Below are positions 27,426 through 38,373 of a stretch of 38,840 nucleotides of DNA, in pieces (positions within the stretch are counted from its first letter, which is position 1; the number at the start of each line of letters is the position of its first letter). The notes under the pieces were generated by a model, which was given only the letters and a program-made list of their open reading frames with translations, made no database searches and was not told where the DNA came from. A program made the position numbers and the translations under genes. Source of the stretch: Conidiobolus incongruus B7586 (lineage: Eukaryota); NCBI GenBank assembly GCA_000697335.1, contig JNEM01010535.1, positions 1-38,840 of the forward strand, given 5' to 3'.

Positions 27426-28689
27426 TTATGATAATAATGTGTTCAATTTATCGGAAGGAGTCTCACCTAATTCGGTAATAAGTCGAGGAACTAAAGAGAA
27501 TGGAGTAACATCATATTTGAGTTGGATCGTTGAAAAGTTGCCATTAGGTGGGCTTTGAGCTAATAAATTCCATTGAGTTGAGTTGAATAAAACTTTATCC
27601 CAAATTTTATAGGATTCTCCAAAGAATGTAGTGGGAATTTCTTGTAATTGAGAAGCTAGGGCAATCTGACCTGTTCCACTCACTGAAAGGACGGATCCGT
27701 CGATTAATAAAGCTTCAGAGTTTAACCAAACACGAGTGGCATCTTGGATGACATAGGACAAGCTGCTTAATATGACATAGGTGCACTGGATTCCTTTCTT
27801 AGTCAAGTAGTCAAGTAAAATCTTGCCTGATTGTTGGTCGTTATCCACTATAATGACTGAAAATTTAGTACCATTAGTTAATGCTAATTCGAAGGCTTTT
27901 TGAACAACAGCAGAGTTGCCATAGGTCAAAATGACGTCATTATCTAACACCTCTGTAGAGAGGTGAAGAGCAATATTTTCAGTGGCTGATTCAATTTTTT
28001 CAAATTGGAAGCATTCTAATTTTTGATTAATCCCAGGGATGATGTCCTGTAAAGATGATTTAGGATCAAGATTGATTATGTATGTATTGATGTAATTTAA
28101 AGCGTTGGTGACTCCAGCTGTAAAAGGATAGATTAATTTGATATGGTTTAATTGGGAGGAGAGGTAAATAGGAAGATCGCGATTCAAAATAGCTTGATCT
28201 GGTAATTGGTAATCACTGATGAGGGTTTTGAGAGTGTCTAGTATATTGATGCAGAATGTGTTGTTATCTTGAACAGATTGTGATGAAAGCGTGCTGATAA
28301 GTTTTTCAACATTGGGGTGAATATTGGAAGATTCTTTCTTCTCATCTTTGATTTTGAGATGGGAGAACAAATTAGTGAAGCTAAAGTCGGAAATTGATTT
28401 GGGTGCAGGAGCAGAGGATTTAGGATCTGCTTTGGCTTGATTTTGAGCGGCTTTCTTTGGATGAGGTAGGCCTTGAGCTTTACGAGCTTCTTTTTCAGCT
28501 CTTTGTCGCTCCTTGAATAAAGATTAATAATTTGGATGTAATAAATATATTTTTGATTACCTGTAATTCGCGTCTCTCAGCTTTGGTCATCTCTTTCATA
28601 CTCTTTTTAGCTTCTACAGGTTGTTTTTGGCTAGTTAGAGAAGACTTAACATCCTTGTTACTGTGAGCTTCGATACTCGAATTATCCAT
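27426..28689 (-). CDS. GCD2: Translation initiation factor eIF2B delta subunit, divergent, ~404 aa; exons 28689-28561, 28511-27426
   Basis: Delta-specific N-terminal MTKAERRELQ|ERQRAEK, LFSHL and IHP. IF-2B domain VILTYGNSAVV, FSVIIVD, GIQCTYV, GESYK, LKYDVTP and ITELG. The intron splices in frame using an AAG acceptor. Confidence 0.88.
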
Positions 28690-29283
28690 GATATTTAAAT
28701 ATTAGACTAAATTAAAATAAATTAGTTTAATTATTAATATATATACTTTAATTAATATAATGGCAGTAATAGAAAATACAGTAATCATTTAAATATACGG
28801 TAGAATTGATTTTAAAATAAATTAATATATAACGCTTACATAATTGGTCGAATAATTAATTTATAAATTAAACTAATTTTGATTCATTATTAATTCTAAG
28901 TCATCAATAAGTTTTATAGAATATTTAAATCAATAACTTTTATGGGATTATATTTTTTTGATTCTAATAAATGTATATGCTTCCAACTAAATTGTATAAT
29001 AAATAAATAATAAAAAATATATCATTTTTAGTTAGTATCAATCATGGTATAATACTAAAATGAACATTATCTAATAATTAACTAAAAAATCAAGTTGATT
29101 ATTTATCAATTTATTATAGTTGAGAATATATATAGAGCAACTATATTTGCTCATATAGATCGATTGATAGATTAATTTATTGACCCAAAGAAATTTAAAT
29201 TATCTGAAAAGCATGATTAATAAAATTTTAAATATCATATAAATTTTGGACGAAATTAAAGGGTATTTAAATCAAAAACAATG

Positions 29284-29292
29284 AGCCAATCA
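29284..29292 (+). promoter_or_regulatory. CCAAT box in the divergent GCD2 / TPR-gene intergenic region
   Basis: AGCCAATCA about 170 bp upstream of ATG 29459, in otherwise very AT-rich DNA. Confidence 0.3.
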
Positions 29293-29458
29293 AAAGCACT
29301 GAGCTGGTTAAATTAATTCAAATACACTTTATTGTCATCAATTAGTATTTCTTAATGAAATCTTTTCATAAAATGGAATTTTAAATTGTATTTATTTATT
29401 ATTTATTGCTAATTCGTATTAAGTTTTTAATATATATGATAATTAATACAGTAAAACA

Positions 29459-31666
29459 ATGTCAAATGATTCTAAATTAAAAATACGAACAAAATATTTG
29501 ATTCATACTTATAACATTTCTAAAAATCATGACCATAATCAACCTCAATCTTCAAATCCAAGTGAAACGCCTCAAGAAAATGATCTTTTACAAATCGTTG
29601 ATGAGGAAAATTATACTTTCAATGAAGCTCAGTTTGACCAACATTGGAACACTGCTTTGGAAAACTGTAAAAATAAAGGTATGGGAAATTAATATATCAA
29701 TTTTAATTTAGATAGAGTTTGATATTAGCATATATTTTACACTCTTTACTATATTGAATCAAGAATAATTACTAAAATTATTTTCTATAGGAACCCTTGG
29801 GAAATGGAATCGCTCTTTACTTAGAAATGAGCCCAAATTGAAGGATAAACAAACACCGTTGGAATTCAAAAAATTTTCAACTGCATTAAATAAATTTTGC
29901 ACTAGATTAAATCTAAGTCATTTATCTCCTCCTGGTCCAGTAGTATCTGCAAGGTACATATTATTTTGATTTGTATGTTTTCAATTTCAGAAATTCATAA
30001 ATTTTTTAGAAAACAAAATTATATTGATTTAAGACATCTTCAAAGCCAAGACTGGTCTTCGAAAAAAGTTCAAAAAGGAAGAGAATTTGCAAAGAAAGGA
30101 GAATTTGATGAAGCTATTAAACATTTCTCTTCTGCCATACACACTGACCCAGAATGCTATAATGCTTTTTTCCATCGAGGATGTGCTTATGCTAGTAAGG
30201 CATGTTATAATGAAGCATGTCAAGATTTCGAAAAAGTACTGGAATTCATTCCAGATCACTTTTCTGCTTTTTCGTACCTAGAACAATGCACACGTAGACT
30301 CAAAGAAGACGAACTGTTAAAAACACAGTTTTCTACTCCGACCGATATTACTAGTATTGAATTCCAGAAAAAAGAAAAAGAAAGCCGCTTGTCTTATCTA
30401 CGAGCCAATTATCCTGAGCTCTTATCTGAAGATGGTAAAAGTGTTGACATTTCGAAATTTCGCATTCGCTTATCGCGACCAAAAGGACATAATCCAACAA
30501 GAAGTAAATTCCATGCACCGCCACGATTGGATACTCCTACAAACCAATCTTCAACTTGGTTTTCAGAATCTGGTCAAACTCAAACTAGGACTTTTGACAA
30601 TTATAATGCTTCATCTGATTCACTTGCAAAGAGTATAAACCCAGAAAGGAACCAATCTGGATTTAATGCTGACACATTAAATGCTTTCCGTAATACACAT
30701 TCCAATGCTCAGCATCCAACTTCTTATTATACTAGACCACATATGCCTATCATAAAATCATCAAAGCCTAATCCTGATTCCATACAATCCGAATTCGATA
30801 ATTCTACTAGAATTAACTTTAACAAAGATTCAATAGACGGCCATCTGAAATCTTTATCTCGTAAACAAAGTTTATATGGCACTAAGCCATGGAGTTATAA
30901 TACATTTCGCCCTGAAAAGCATGCAAGACCAATGGAATACATACCTGGAAACTCCGTATACAAGACCAATACAGTGAACCAAGCATCTGGGAATGTGGAT
31001 AATGGAACATCCAATATTTCGTCTATTAATTTTAGCCCACCAATAGACTCAAATCCCAGCAATTTACCTCCAGTTGAGACCAACCGCTCACCTCTTTTAA
31101 AGCAAGACAAAGAACAAACTCATCAATCTGGTCAAAAAGAGAGTGTATCTGAGTCTCGCAAAGTGGATATGGATAAGGAAAGTCTAGAAAATCAATTACT
31201 GAAATCACCTACATTTGACCAATCACCTAAGGGCAATAACAATCTTAGCTCACCCCTAAGTCAATTGATATCCAATGATCTTGCGGATTCACCTGCAGCT
31301 GCTCCTCGTCCAACCAATAATGAAGACAATCTAACATATCAAAAAGAATCTTTTACCTCAAACTATCCTACCTATTCTACAAATCACTATTCTTCATATT
31401 CAAGTTATCGTGGTCATTACTTTAGAGGGGACCGCGGATCACGGCCATATCGAGGTCGTTATCATCGATATCCAACACGAGGATACAGTCAATATTTCTA
31501 TCGTCCTCCTATGGACCATTCTACATTTGCTTCTAATACAGCCACTGAAAAGGATTCATATCAGGCCTCTGGAGAATACCACGCAACTTACCAAGCCCCT
31601 AGATATCGCCCATATTATTCTCGCCCTCCTCCTCGCCGCCATTTGGACTCACCTAATGGCTCATAA
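29459..31666 (+). CDS. TTC14-like TPR protein with a long disordered, Arg/Tyr/Gly-rich C-terminus, ~679 aa; exons 29459-29678, 29791-29953, 30010-31666
   Basis: YIDLRHLQSQDWSSKKVQKG...EAIKHFSSAIHTDPECYNAFFHRGCAYASK...ACQDFEKVLEFIPDH forms TPR repeats preceded by a LRxxQSxxW motif that I recall from TTC14. The proposed introns splice in frame (2040 nt). The 5' exons are less certain. Confidence 0.75.
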
Positions 31667-31979
31667 TTATTAAATACGATTGTATTGTATATTGCATTAT
31701 TGAATTTGATCTATCCTATTGAGTTTTAATCTTTAGCTTTTATTGTTTATTTTAATTCAATCCATTTCAATTATTCAAAATATATTTTCGACATTATATA
31801 CCTAATTATTTATTAAATTACATTGATATATACCAATATATTTGATTATAGATTTGTAAGGTATCTTTGCATATAAAAGCATTATCTTAATCAATAAAAT
31901 TAAATATTTTTATTCTTCTATTTGTTTCAGTGAATAATTTAGTTTTGATGATTTTGATTATATACAATATAATGGTATT

Positions 31980-33053
31980 ACCATAGAATTAAAGAAATGG
32001 CAAATTTTTTAATATTAGTTGTTTAATTTAAATATGTTTAAACTAAATAGTGATTATTAAAGTTTTTTATTTTAATATTAGTAAAACTAAATTATAAATC
32101 TTTTAAAATTATTTAAAATTTACAAGTAACTTTTAATAATAAAGTATTATTTAAATCAACAATTTATTGTTAGATAAATTACTTTAAAGCTAACAAAAAA
32201 ACTATTTAAAACTTGTTAAAATTTAAAAAACTAATTTTAATTATTACTCTTTTAATTATTAATAAAATGAAAAAATATATTGAAAAACACCTTTTTATTT
32301 TAGTTTAAGAATTATCAAGATACTTTAATATTAATTATATAAATATTATATATATTAAAATTTAAATTAAAATTAAAATTAATTAATAAAAATATAAAAT
32401 AAGTATCTTATAATTTAACTAAAGATTAAAAAATTTAAAATAGCTATTATTAAATAAAATTAAGATATAGTTAGAAACTAAAGTTTTTATAGTTGATTAT
32501 TATAATTAATAAATCTTTAATCATTTTATATGATTTTTTACTAAAATATAAATTAAAATGTTAAATTAAATAAACTTTATTTATAAATTCCTTTAAATAA
32601 ACATTAAATTAATAAATAAATATTAATTGTTATTATAAATTATAATAACATATACTATTCTAATTTAGTTTTTAAAGTAAAATTAATTAATAATAAACTT
32701 TATATTGTTTTTTCAAATAAAACTATTTTTAATTAATATTCTTAATATAATTTAAAAAACCTATTATTTTATATAATAATTGTAAAATATATAAAAATAA
32801 AATTTTAAAAATTTTTTAATTAAAAATAATTAGAAAAAACTATTATATCTATTATATTCTTTAAATTATAATTTATATAATTATAATTGTTTTAAGTAAT
32901 TAAAAAACTAGTTTATAAAAAAAAATTTCTATATCAAAATTTAATTAGTTTATAAAATATTAATTTTTAATTTTAAATAAAAAAACTATCTTTTATATAT
33001 TAAAACTTTATTAAAAATATAATCAAAAGTTATTAATAATAAATAAAGTTATT
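31980..33053. other. Extremely AT-rich, CpG-free block, probably an older hypermutated repeat into which the LTR element inserted
   Basis: Almost devoid of G/C, TpA-rich, and no CpG seen. Similar sequence resumes at 38780 beyond the right TSD. Confidence 0.45.
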
Positions 33054-33058
33054 AATTT
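33054..33058. repeat. Left 5-bp target-site duplication AATTT
   Basis: AATTT immediately precedes the LTR start TG (33059), and the identical AATTT follows the other LTR end CA (38774). Confidence 0.85.
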
Positions 33059-33456
33059 TGTAAGTGTAGTGGTAGTTAAACTAATATAGTATAGAGGAAA
33101 ACTTAATATAAAAGTAGTGTGGTATAAAATATAGTAATATAATGTAGTTATAGTGTGTAAGTGTAAACAAAGTTTAATTAAGCTTTGAATTAGGATGAGT
33201 CACTAATATATTAAGATTTATATTAGGTAGTGTTAATATCCTATAATATTAATAGAATATAGTCTCAATTTTAGAAATAGTGTAAAAGTAAAAAATAGTA
33301 AGAATTGAGAGGAAAAAAAAAACCTAGTTTATTAAATAATTTAATACTATTTATACAATTAATTTAACTATATAAGTATAAATTAATTATATAATTTATA
33401 GTTAATTAGATTATATAAAAGTGTATATAAGAATTTAAAGAACTAGTCTTTTAACA
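33059..33456 (-). repeat. 3' LTR (398 bp)
   Basis: TGTAAGTGTAGT...CTTTTAACA aligns end to end with 38374-38774. Confidence 0.96.
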
Positions 33457-33464
33457 CTCCCTTA
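33457..33464 (-). other. Eroded polypurine tract
   Basis: Minus strand reads TAAGGGAG directly abutting the TGTTAA start of the 3' LTR. Confidence 0.6.
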
Positions 33465-33499
33465 ATAAATTTCTTAGAAGAGACACACTCCCTAATTTT

Positions 33500-36400
33500 T
33501 ACAAATAGGTATAATAAGCTAAGGTATTCTTAATATTTTCTAGAGGTTCTTATGTAGCTTCTTTAATAAGATAACCTATCTATTTTATATAAAAATAAAG
33601 CTTATTCCTAATAGATTTAGATTTAATTATATAATCAACATAGTATTCTTCTTCTCTATCTTAATTAATAATTAGGTCTAGTTTTAAAGTTTTTAATTAA
33701 TTAAGAAAAGTGTTAAAATCTTTAAAGTATGGTTTAATTTTAGATATGTGAAAGGTAAGGTTGATCCTCAAAGTTAAAAGTAATTCTAAGGTAATATTTT
33801 TAAAATTTGAATCAATAAATTAAATTTTATAGGGACTATAATATAATAGTAAGTATTTAAGATTTAAGCTAGATTTAAGTAGGGTAAGTTTAAAGACAGA
33901 TTGTTCTAAGTATACAAACATACTAGTTTTATATTTAAAAGGGTTTCTAGATAACTTTAAATATTATTATTCTATGATCCTTTAATTTTCTTCTAAGTTA
34001 AATTTAACAAGGGAATTAATATGTTTGATATTAGATTAAAATTCAACAATGTCCAAAAGTAAGTTGATTTAAAGTTTTAGAGTAATTATTAAGTTAAGAT
34101 GTTTATTATAATTGATGAAATAAAAGCTAAAACCTGTTAATTTATTAATAAAGGTGTTGAATAAATATTAGAGTTGGTAGATATAAGCATCTTAATTTAA
34201 TTGATTAGTGTTAATATAAGCTTTAATCATTTACTTTAAGGTTTTAATAGTTTTTTCAACAAGTTTATTAGTTTAGTGATGATTAATAGTAAACATAGCT
34301 AGGTTAATCTTAAGGGAAAAGGATAATAACTTCCAGAATTAAAAGTTGAATTGTATGTCTCTATCAGATACAATAGTTTGTGGAATTCTATAGTAGGTAA
34401 AGATATTAGAGAATAACAATTATACAACATCTTTAACTGTAAAAGTTTTGAAACAAGGAATAAAATAAACATATTTGGAAAATGAATCAATTGCAATTAG
34501 TAAGTTATTATAACTATTTGTTGATTTAAGGATTTTTATGAAATCAAGCTGGATTTGTTGTTAAGTTTTATTAGGGACTTATAAAGGAATAAGTTTACTA
34601 TATTTTAATTGAGTATTATATTTAGTTCTTTAGCATATATCACAAGTATTAGTGTATTTTTGAATTGATTTAATTAGGGAAAGCTAGTAATACCTTGTTT
34701 TAATTTTCTTAGTGGTTTTTAACTAGTTTTGATGTCCTCTAACAAGTAAGTTATAGCATTCATTAAATATTGTTTGTTAAATCTTGGGAATGTTAGGAAT
34801 ATATAGACAATTATTATAATATAGTAAGTTATTGATAATTTTAAATTTTTTGACATATTTTAGTTAGATTTCTAATGGTTTAAAGAGTTCTTCTTTAACT
34901 AAAATAAAGAAATCATTATTTAACAGTGTTTCTTAAAGTAGTTTAATAAATTTTTTATTTCCTTTATTAATAATCATTAAGTTAATATTTGCTAGATTTT
35001 TACAATTAGAATAAAAGGGTAAGTATGTAAGATTTTTTAACAAAGTATCTACAACATAGTTTTATTAACCTAAGAGATATTAAATAAAGAAAAGGTAAGC
35101 TTAGATAGTTTTAATCTATCTAACTTATCTTTTTAATAAATGCTTCTAAGTATTTAAGTAGATAAGTGATTTATAATCTGTAAGTGTTAAAAAAAAATTG
35201 TAGGATAAGAAATGTAAGTGATTTTTGATTATTTCTACTAAAGCAAAGAGTTTTTATTTATAGACTAGGTATTTCAATTCAGCTAGTTTTATTTTTCTTA
35301 ACTAGAATGTTATTAGTTTTAAAGTAACATTTATAAGGTTAAACTCAATTTATTCTCCCTTATTTATTATTTTATCTTATAGTTATAGGGTAAAATATAA
35401 ATTAAATTCAAACTAAGCTAATTATCTATTAATTACAAAAGAACTAAAGTTAGTAAAAATAATAGTAGGTAGTTTTAGATTAAAGATAGATAAAGCAAAA
35501 ACATTGGTAATATAGAAAATTAAAGTATTTATGCAGAAAGTATATAGTGGGGTTTATTTAAAAAGAGAGTTTTTCTTCAAGAGATTAGTAAGAAAAGTAA
35601 TAAGTTCAGCAAAAGAATCAATGAAATCTTTAAAGTAATTTAATAATTTAAGTATAAACATAAGTTGATCTTTGTTTATAAATATAGTAAAAGCTTTAAT
35701 ACCATTGAGTTTAGTTAGATTAATACTAATTCCTTAAGAGGAAACAATATAACTACAGAAAAAGACAGAAGAAGCACTAAAGATACATTTTAATAGTTTT
35801 AAGGGTAATTTATATTCTTGAATAATTTGTAAAACTTAATTAACATGTTAAATATATTCTTCTTTAGTTTTTAAATAGATTAGGATATTATTAAAGTAGG
35901 TAATAACAAAGTTATTAAAAACAGGGTTAAAAAAAGAATTGATAAATCAAGTAAAAGTTGCAAGAACATTACACAATCTAAAGTTTATAACAATAAATTT
36001 ATAGTGACTTAAAAGAGTGTTGAAAGTAGTTAAAGGGATAAAGTTTTCTTCAACTTTAATGTTGTAATATCTATTCTTAACATTTAGTTTGGTAAATATA
36101 GTTGATTTAAGTAGTTTATCCCTAACATCATATAAGTTTAGTAGTGGGGTTTTATCCTTAATAGTTTTAGAGTTTAAAACATAGTTATCAATATAAAGTT
36201 TTTAACTACCATTAGCTTTTTGTATAAAGAGGATTAGAAATTTTTATAGTAAGGAAGAAAGTCTAATATACCCATTTTCAAGTAGTTTTTAGATTTCTTC
36301 TTTTAAGGTTTAGTATTATTCAAGAGATAAATGGTAAGTAAGCTTTAAATATAGTTGTGTACCAGGGATTAGTTTAATTTTGTGTTTAATATTATGTTTA

Positions 36401-38247
36401 GGTGGTAATTTATTTACAAGTTCAAAAACATTAGCAAATTAACTTATTGTATTGTATAAGAAGTAGTTATTAGATATAACTTTATTAAAATTAACAGATG
36501 AAGTGTTGATAGATGAATAATAAACAAATACATATCTTTATAAATTATTTAAGTTTTTGATTAGCTTTTTACATTGATTTTTACTTATAATAATAGAATT
36601 ATTTGCTACAATTGTAGAATTAGTGTTAGGTAAAGCATTTAATAATTTTATAGTAGGGTAATGTAGATTTTTTGAGATTAATTCCACTAATTTCTTTTAG
36701 AATATAAAAGAGATAAATTTGTAGCTTTTTGGGGTAACATCTATAGATATAAAACTGTGATATTCAAACTAATTTTAACCTAATATAAAATTATAACTAA
36801 TGTTACCAACTAGGAATTTAATATATTAGGAGTAGTTAAGGGGTAATAATAGGTATTTAGATATAGTATTAGGTGCTTGTTCTATTAAGTTGTTAGTATA
36901 TTTAATTATTAAGTTGCTTTTTTAAGTAGGTAAAGATAACTTTACAACAATAAAAAAAGAGATAATACAACTAAAATAGCTAGAGTTAATTAAAACACTA
37001 ACAGGTATATCTATAAAAAAACTAGTTAACACAAACAATAAGGTGATAGTTAAAGGTAAAAAATTACAAGGTAGATTAGTTACTAAAATATTTCTAGTTT
37101 CTAGTGGTTTAATCAGTTGGATTTCTCTAGTATACATAGTTTAATTTGTAGAATCATTGGTTTATTGGAACTTTTGTGGATTAGATTAAAATCTGCTAAC
37201 TAATTGTAAAAGGGGTGATTCTAGGGTTATATTAATATTATTCAAGTTTGATTTATGGTTGGTAAGTTGGGATTGTTGAAAATTAAACAGATGTTACTTC
37301 CTTAAAGGGTATTTGTTAGTTTTATAGTTAACTTGAGTTTTTTAGCAGTAATAACAACCTTTGTTTGTTTTCAAGTAGGCTTTAGCTTCTTCACTAAAGG
37401 TTTTCTTATAAAACCTTAAAGCAGAAACATCTATCATTTAAAACTTAAGTGGGTTAAAATAAAGTTTAAAAGATTAATTTTTTAGGTGGGAAGATTTAGT
37501 TATAGAGTAAAAGATATTATTAATTATAATTGCTACATTACAAATGTTAAAAAAAAACATATTATCAAAGTATTCCCTACTAACAAATTAAAGCTTTATT
37601 TGAGAGTTAAAGCATTGTAATAGTTTGTGGATTTATTCTTCTTTAGTGATATTTAATATGTTTAAGCATATCTTATTAAATTTCTCAATTAATTGTTTTA
37701 CAGAAGTTTTTTATTTAAGTTGGGAAAGTTTTTCTCTTGTTAATTAAACTTAATCTTTTAAGTAATACCTTTCTTTAAGGGTTTTTTCTAATTGTTTAAA
37801 AGTTTATATCTTTGTAGTAAGCTATCCTCTTAAAGATTTTTTAGGATTAAGTTTATAATAAGTTAACTACCAAATATAAATAGATTTTTCTAAAAAAGAA
37901 GTAGCTAATTTAAAAATATTCTTTAGATCTTTATTAAAAATTAAATCAAAGTAATTCTTTATGTTTTTAAGGTAGTTTTCAAGCTTGTAAAGGTTTTTTA
38001 AGTTATCATAAGTAGTTAATTTATCTTTAAAGATACTAAAGAGGTAGTTTAATGTATTAACTATAATGAAGTAGCTGGTTTGTTAGATTTAAGCTTTTTG
38101 AAACATGTTTTTTTTAATCAAAAGTTGTTTAATATAAGTTTTTTAAAAGGTAGTAAGCTTTTAGAGATTAAAGTCTTAGATTCACTTAGTAATTAAGCTA
38201 CTATTATTATTAAAATAATATAAGGGTATCTTCTTTTTTAGTGGTAT
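33500..38247 (-). pseudogene. Single-frame gag-pol polyprotein relic with many nonsense codons
   Basis: All motifs lie in one minus frame. Putative start ATA-CCA-CTA-AAA (38247, inferred ancestral MPPK); gag ATSFLEKSIYIW*; Zn knuckle GCYYC* (37356-37345); protease VLINSS (36987-36979, ancestral DSG); RT IFTKLNVKNRYY (Asn 36084-36082), VINFRLCNVLATF and YFNNIL (35898-35881); RNaseH IFTNFSSFVI and LTDYKSL; integrase RGHQ...TCDIC*, IVSDRD (~34374-34357) and YYSPYKI; chromodomain EEEYYVDYII...YIK*IGY...AT*EPLENI (~33655-33530). Confidence 0.95.
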
Positions 38248-38360
38248 TATAGTGTATAGTGTTAAATTTAAATGAAATAAATTATAAATAAGATTTAAAA
38301 TAGTAATAGATAGGTTAGATACAAGTAGTTATTAATTTCTAGTAGGTTTTTAACAGTAAT

Positions 38361-38373
38361 CTCACTATTACCA
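38361..38373 (-). other. Primer-binding site
   Basis: Minus strand TGGTAATAGTGAG directly follows the 5' LTR. TGG is complementary to the tRNA CCA end. Reverting two transitions gives TGGTAGCAG, an initiator-Met-type PBS (inference). Confidence 0.7.

Noticed and set aside
31980..33053. Assigning the AT-rich block to a pogo/Tc1 transposase or copia integrase
   Set aside because: Only one short ambiguous motif (IINNF) is present, and the sequence is too degraded to call by eye.
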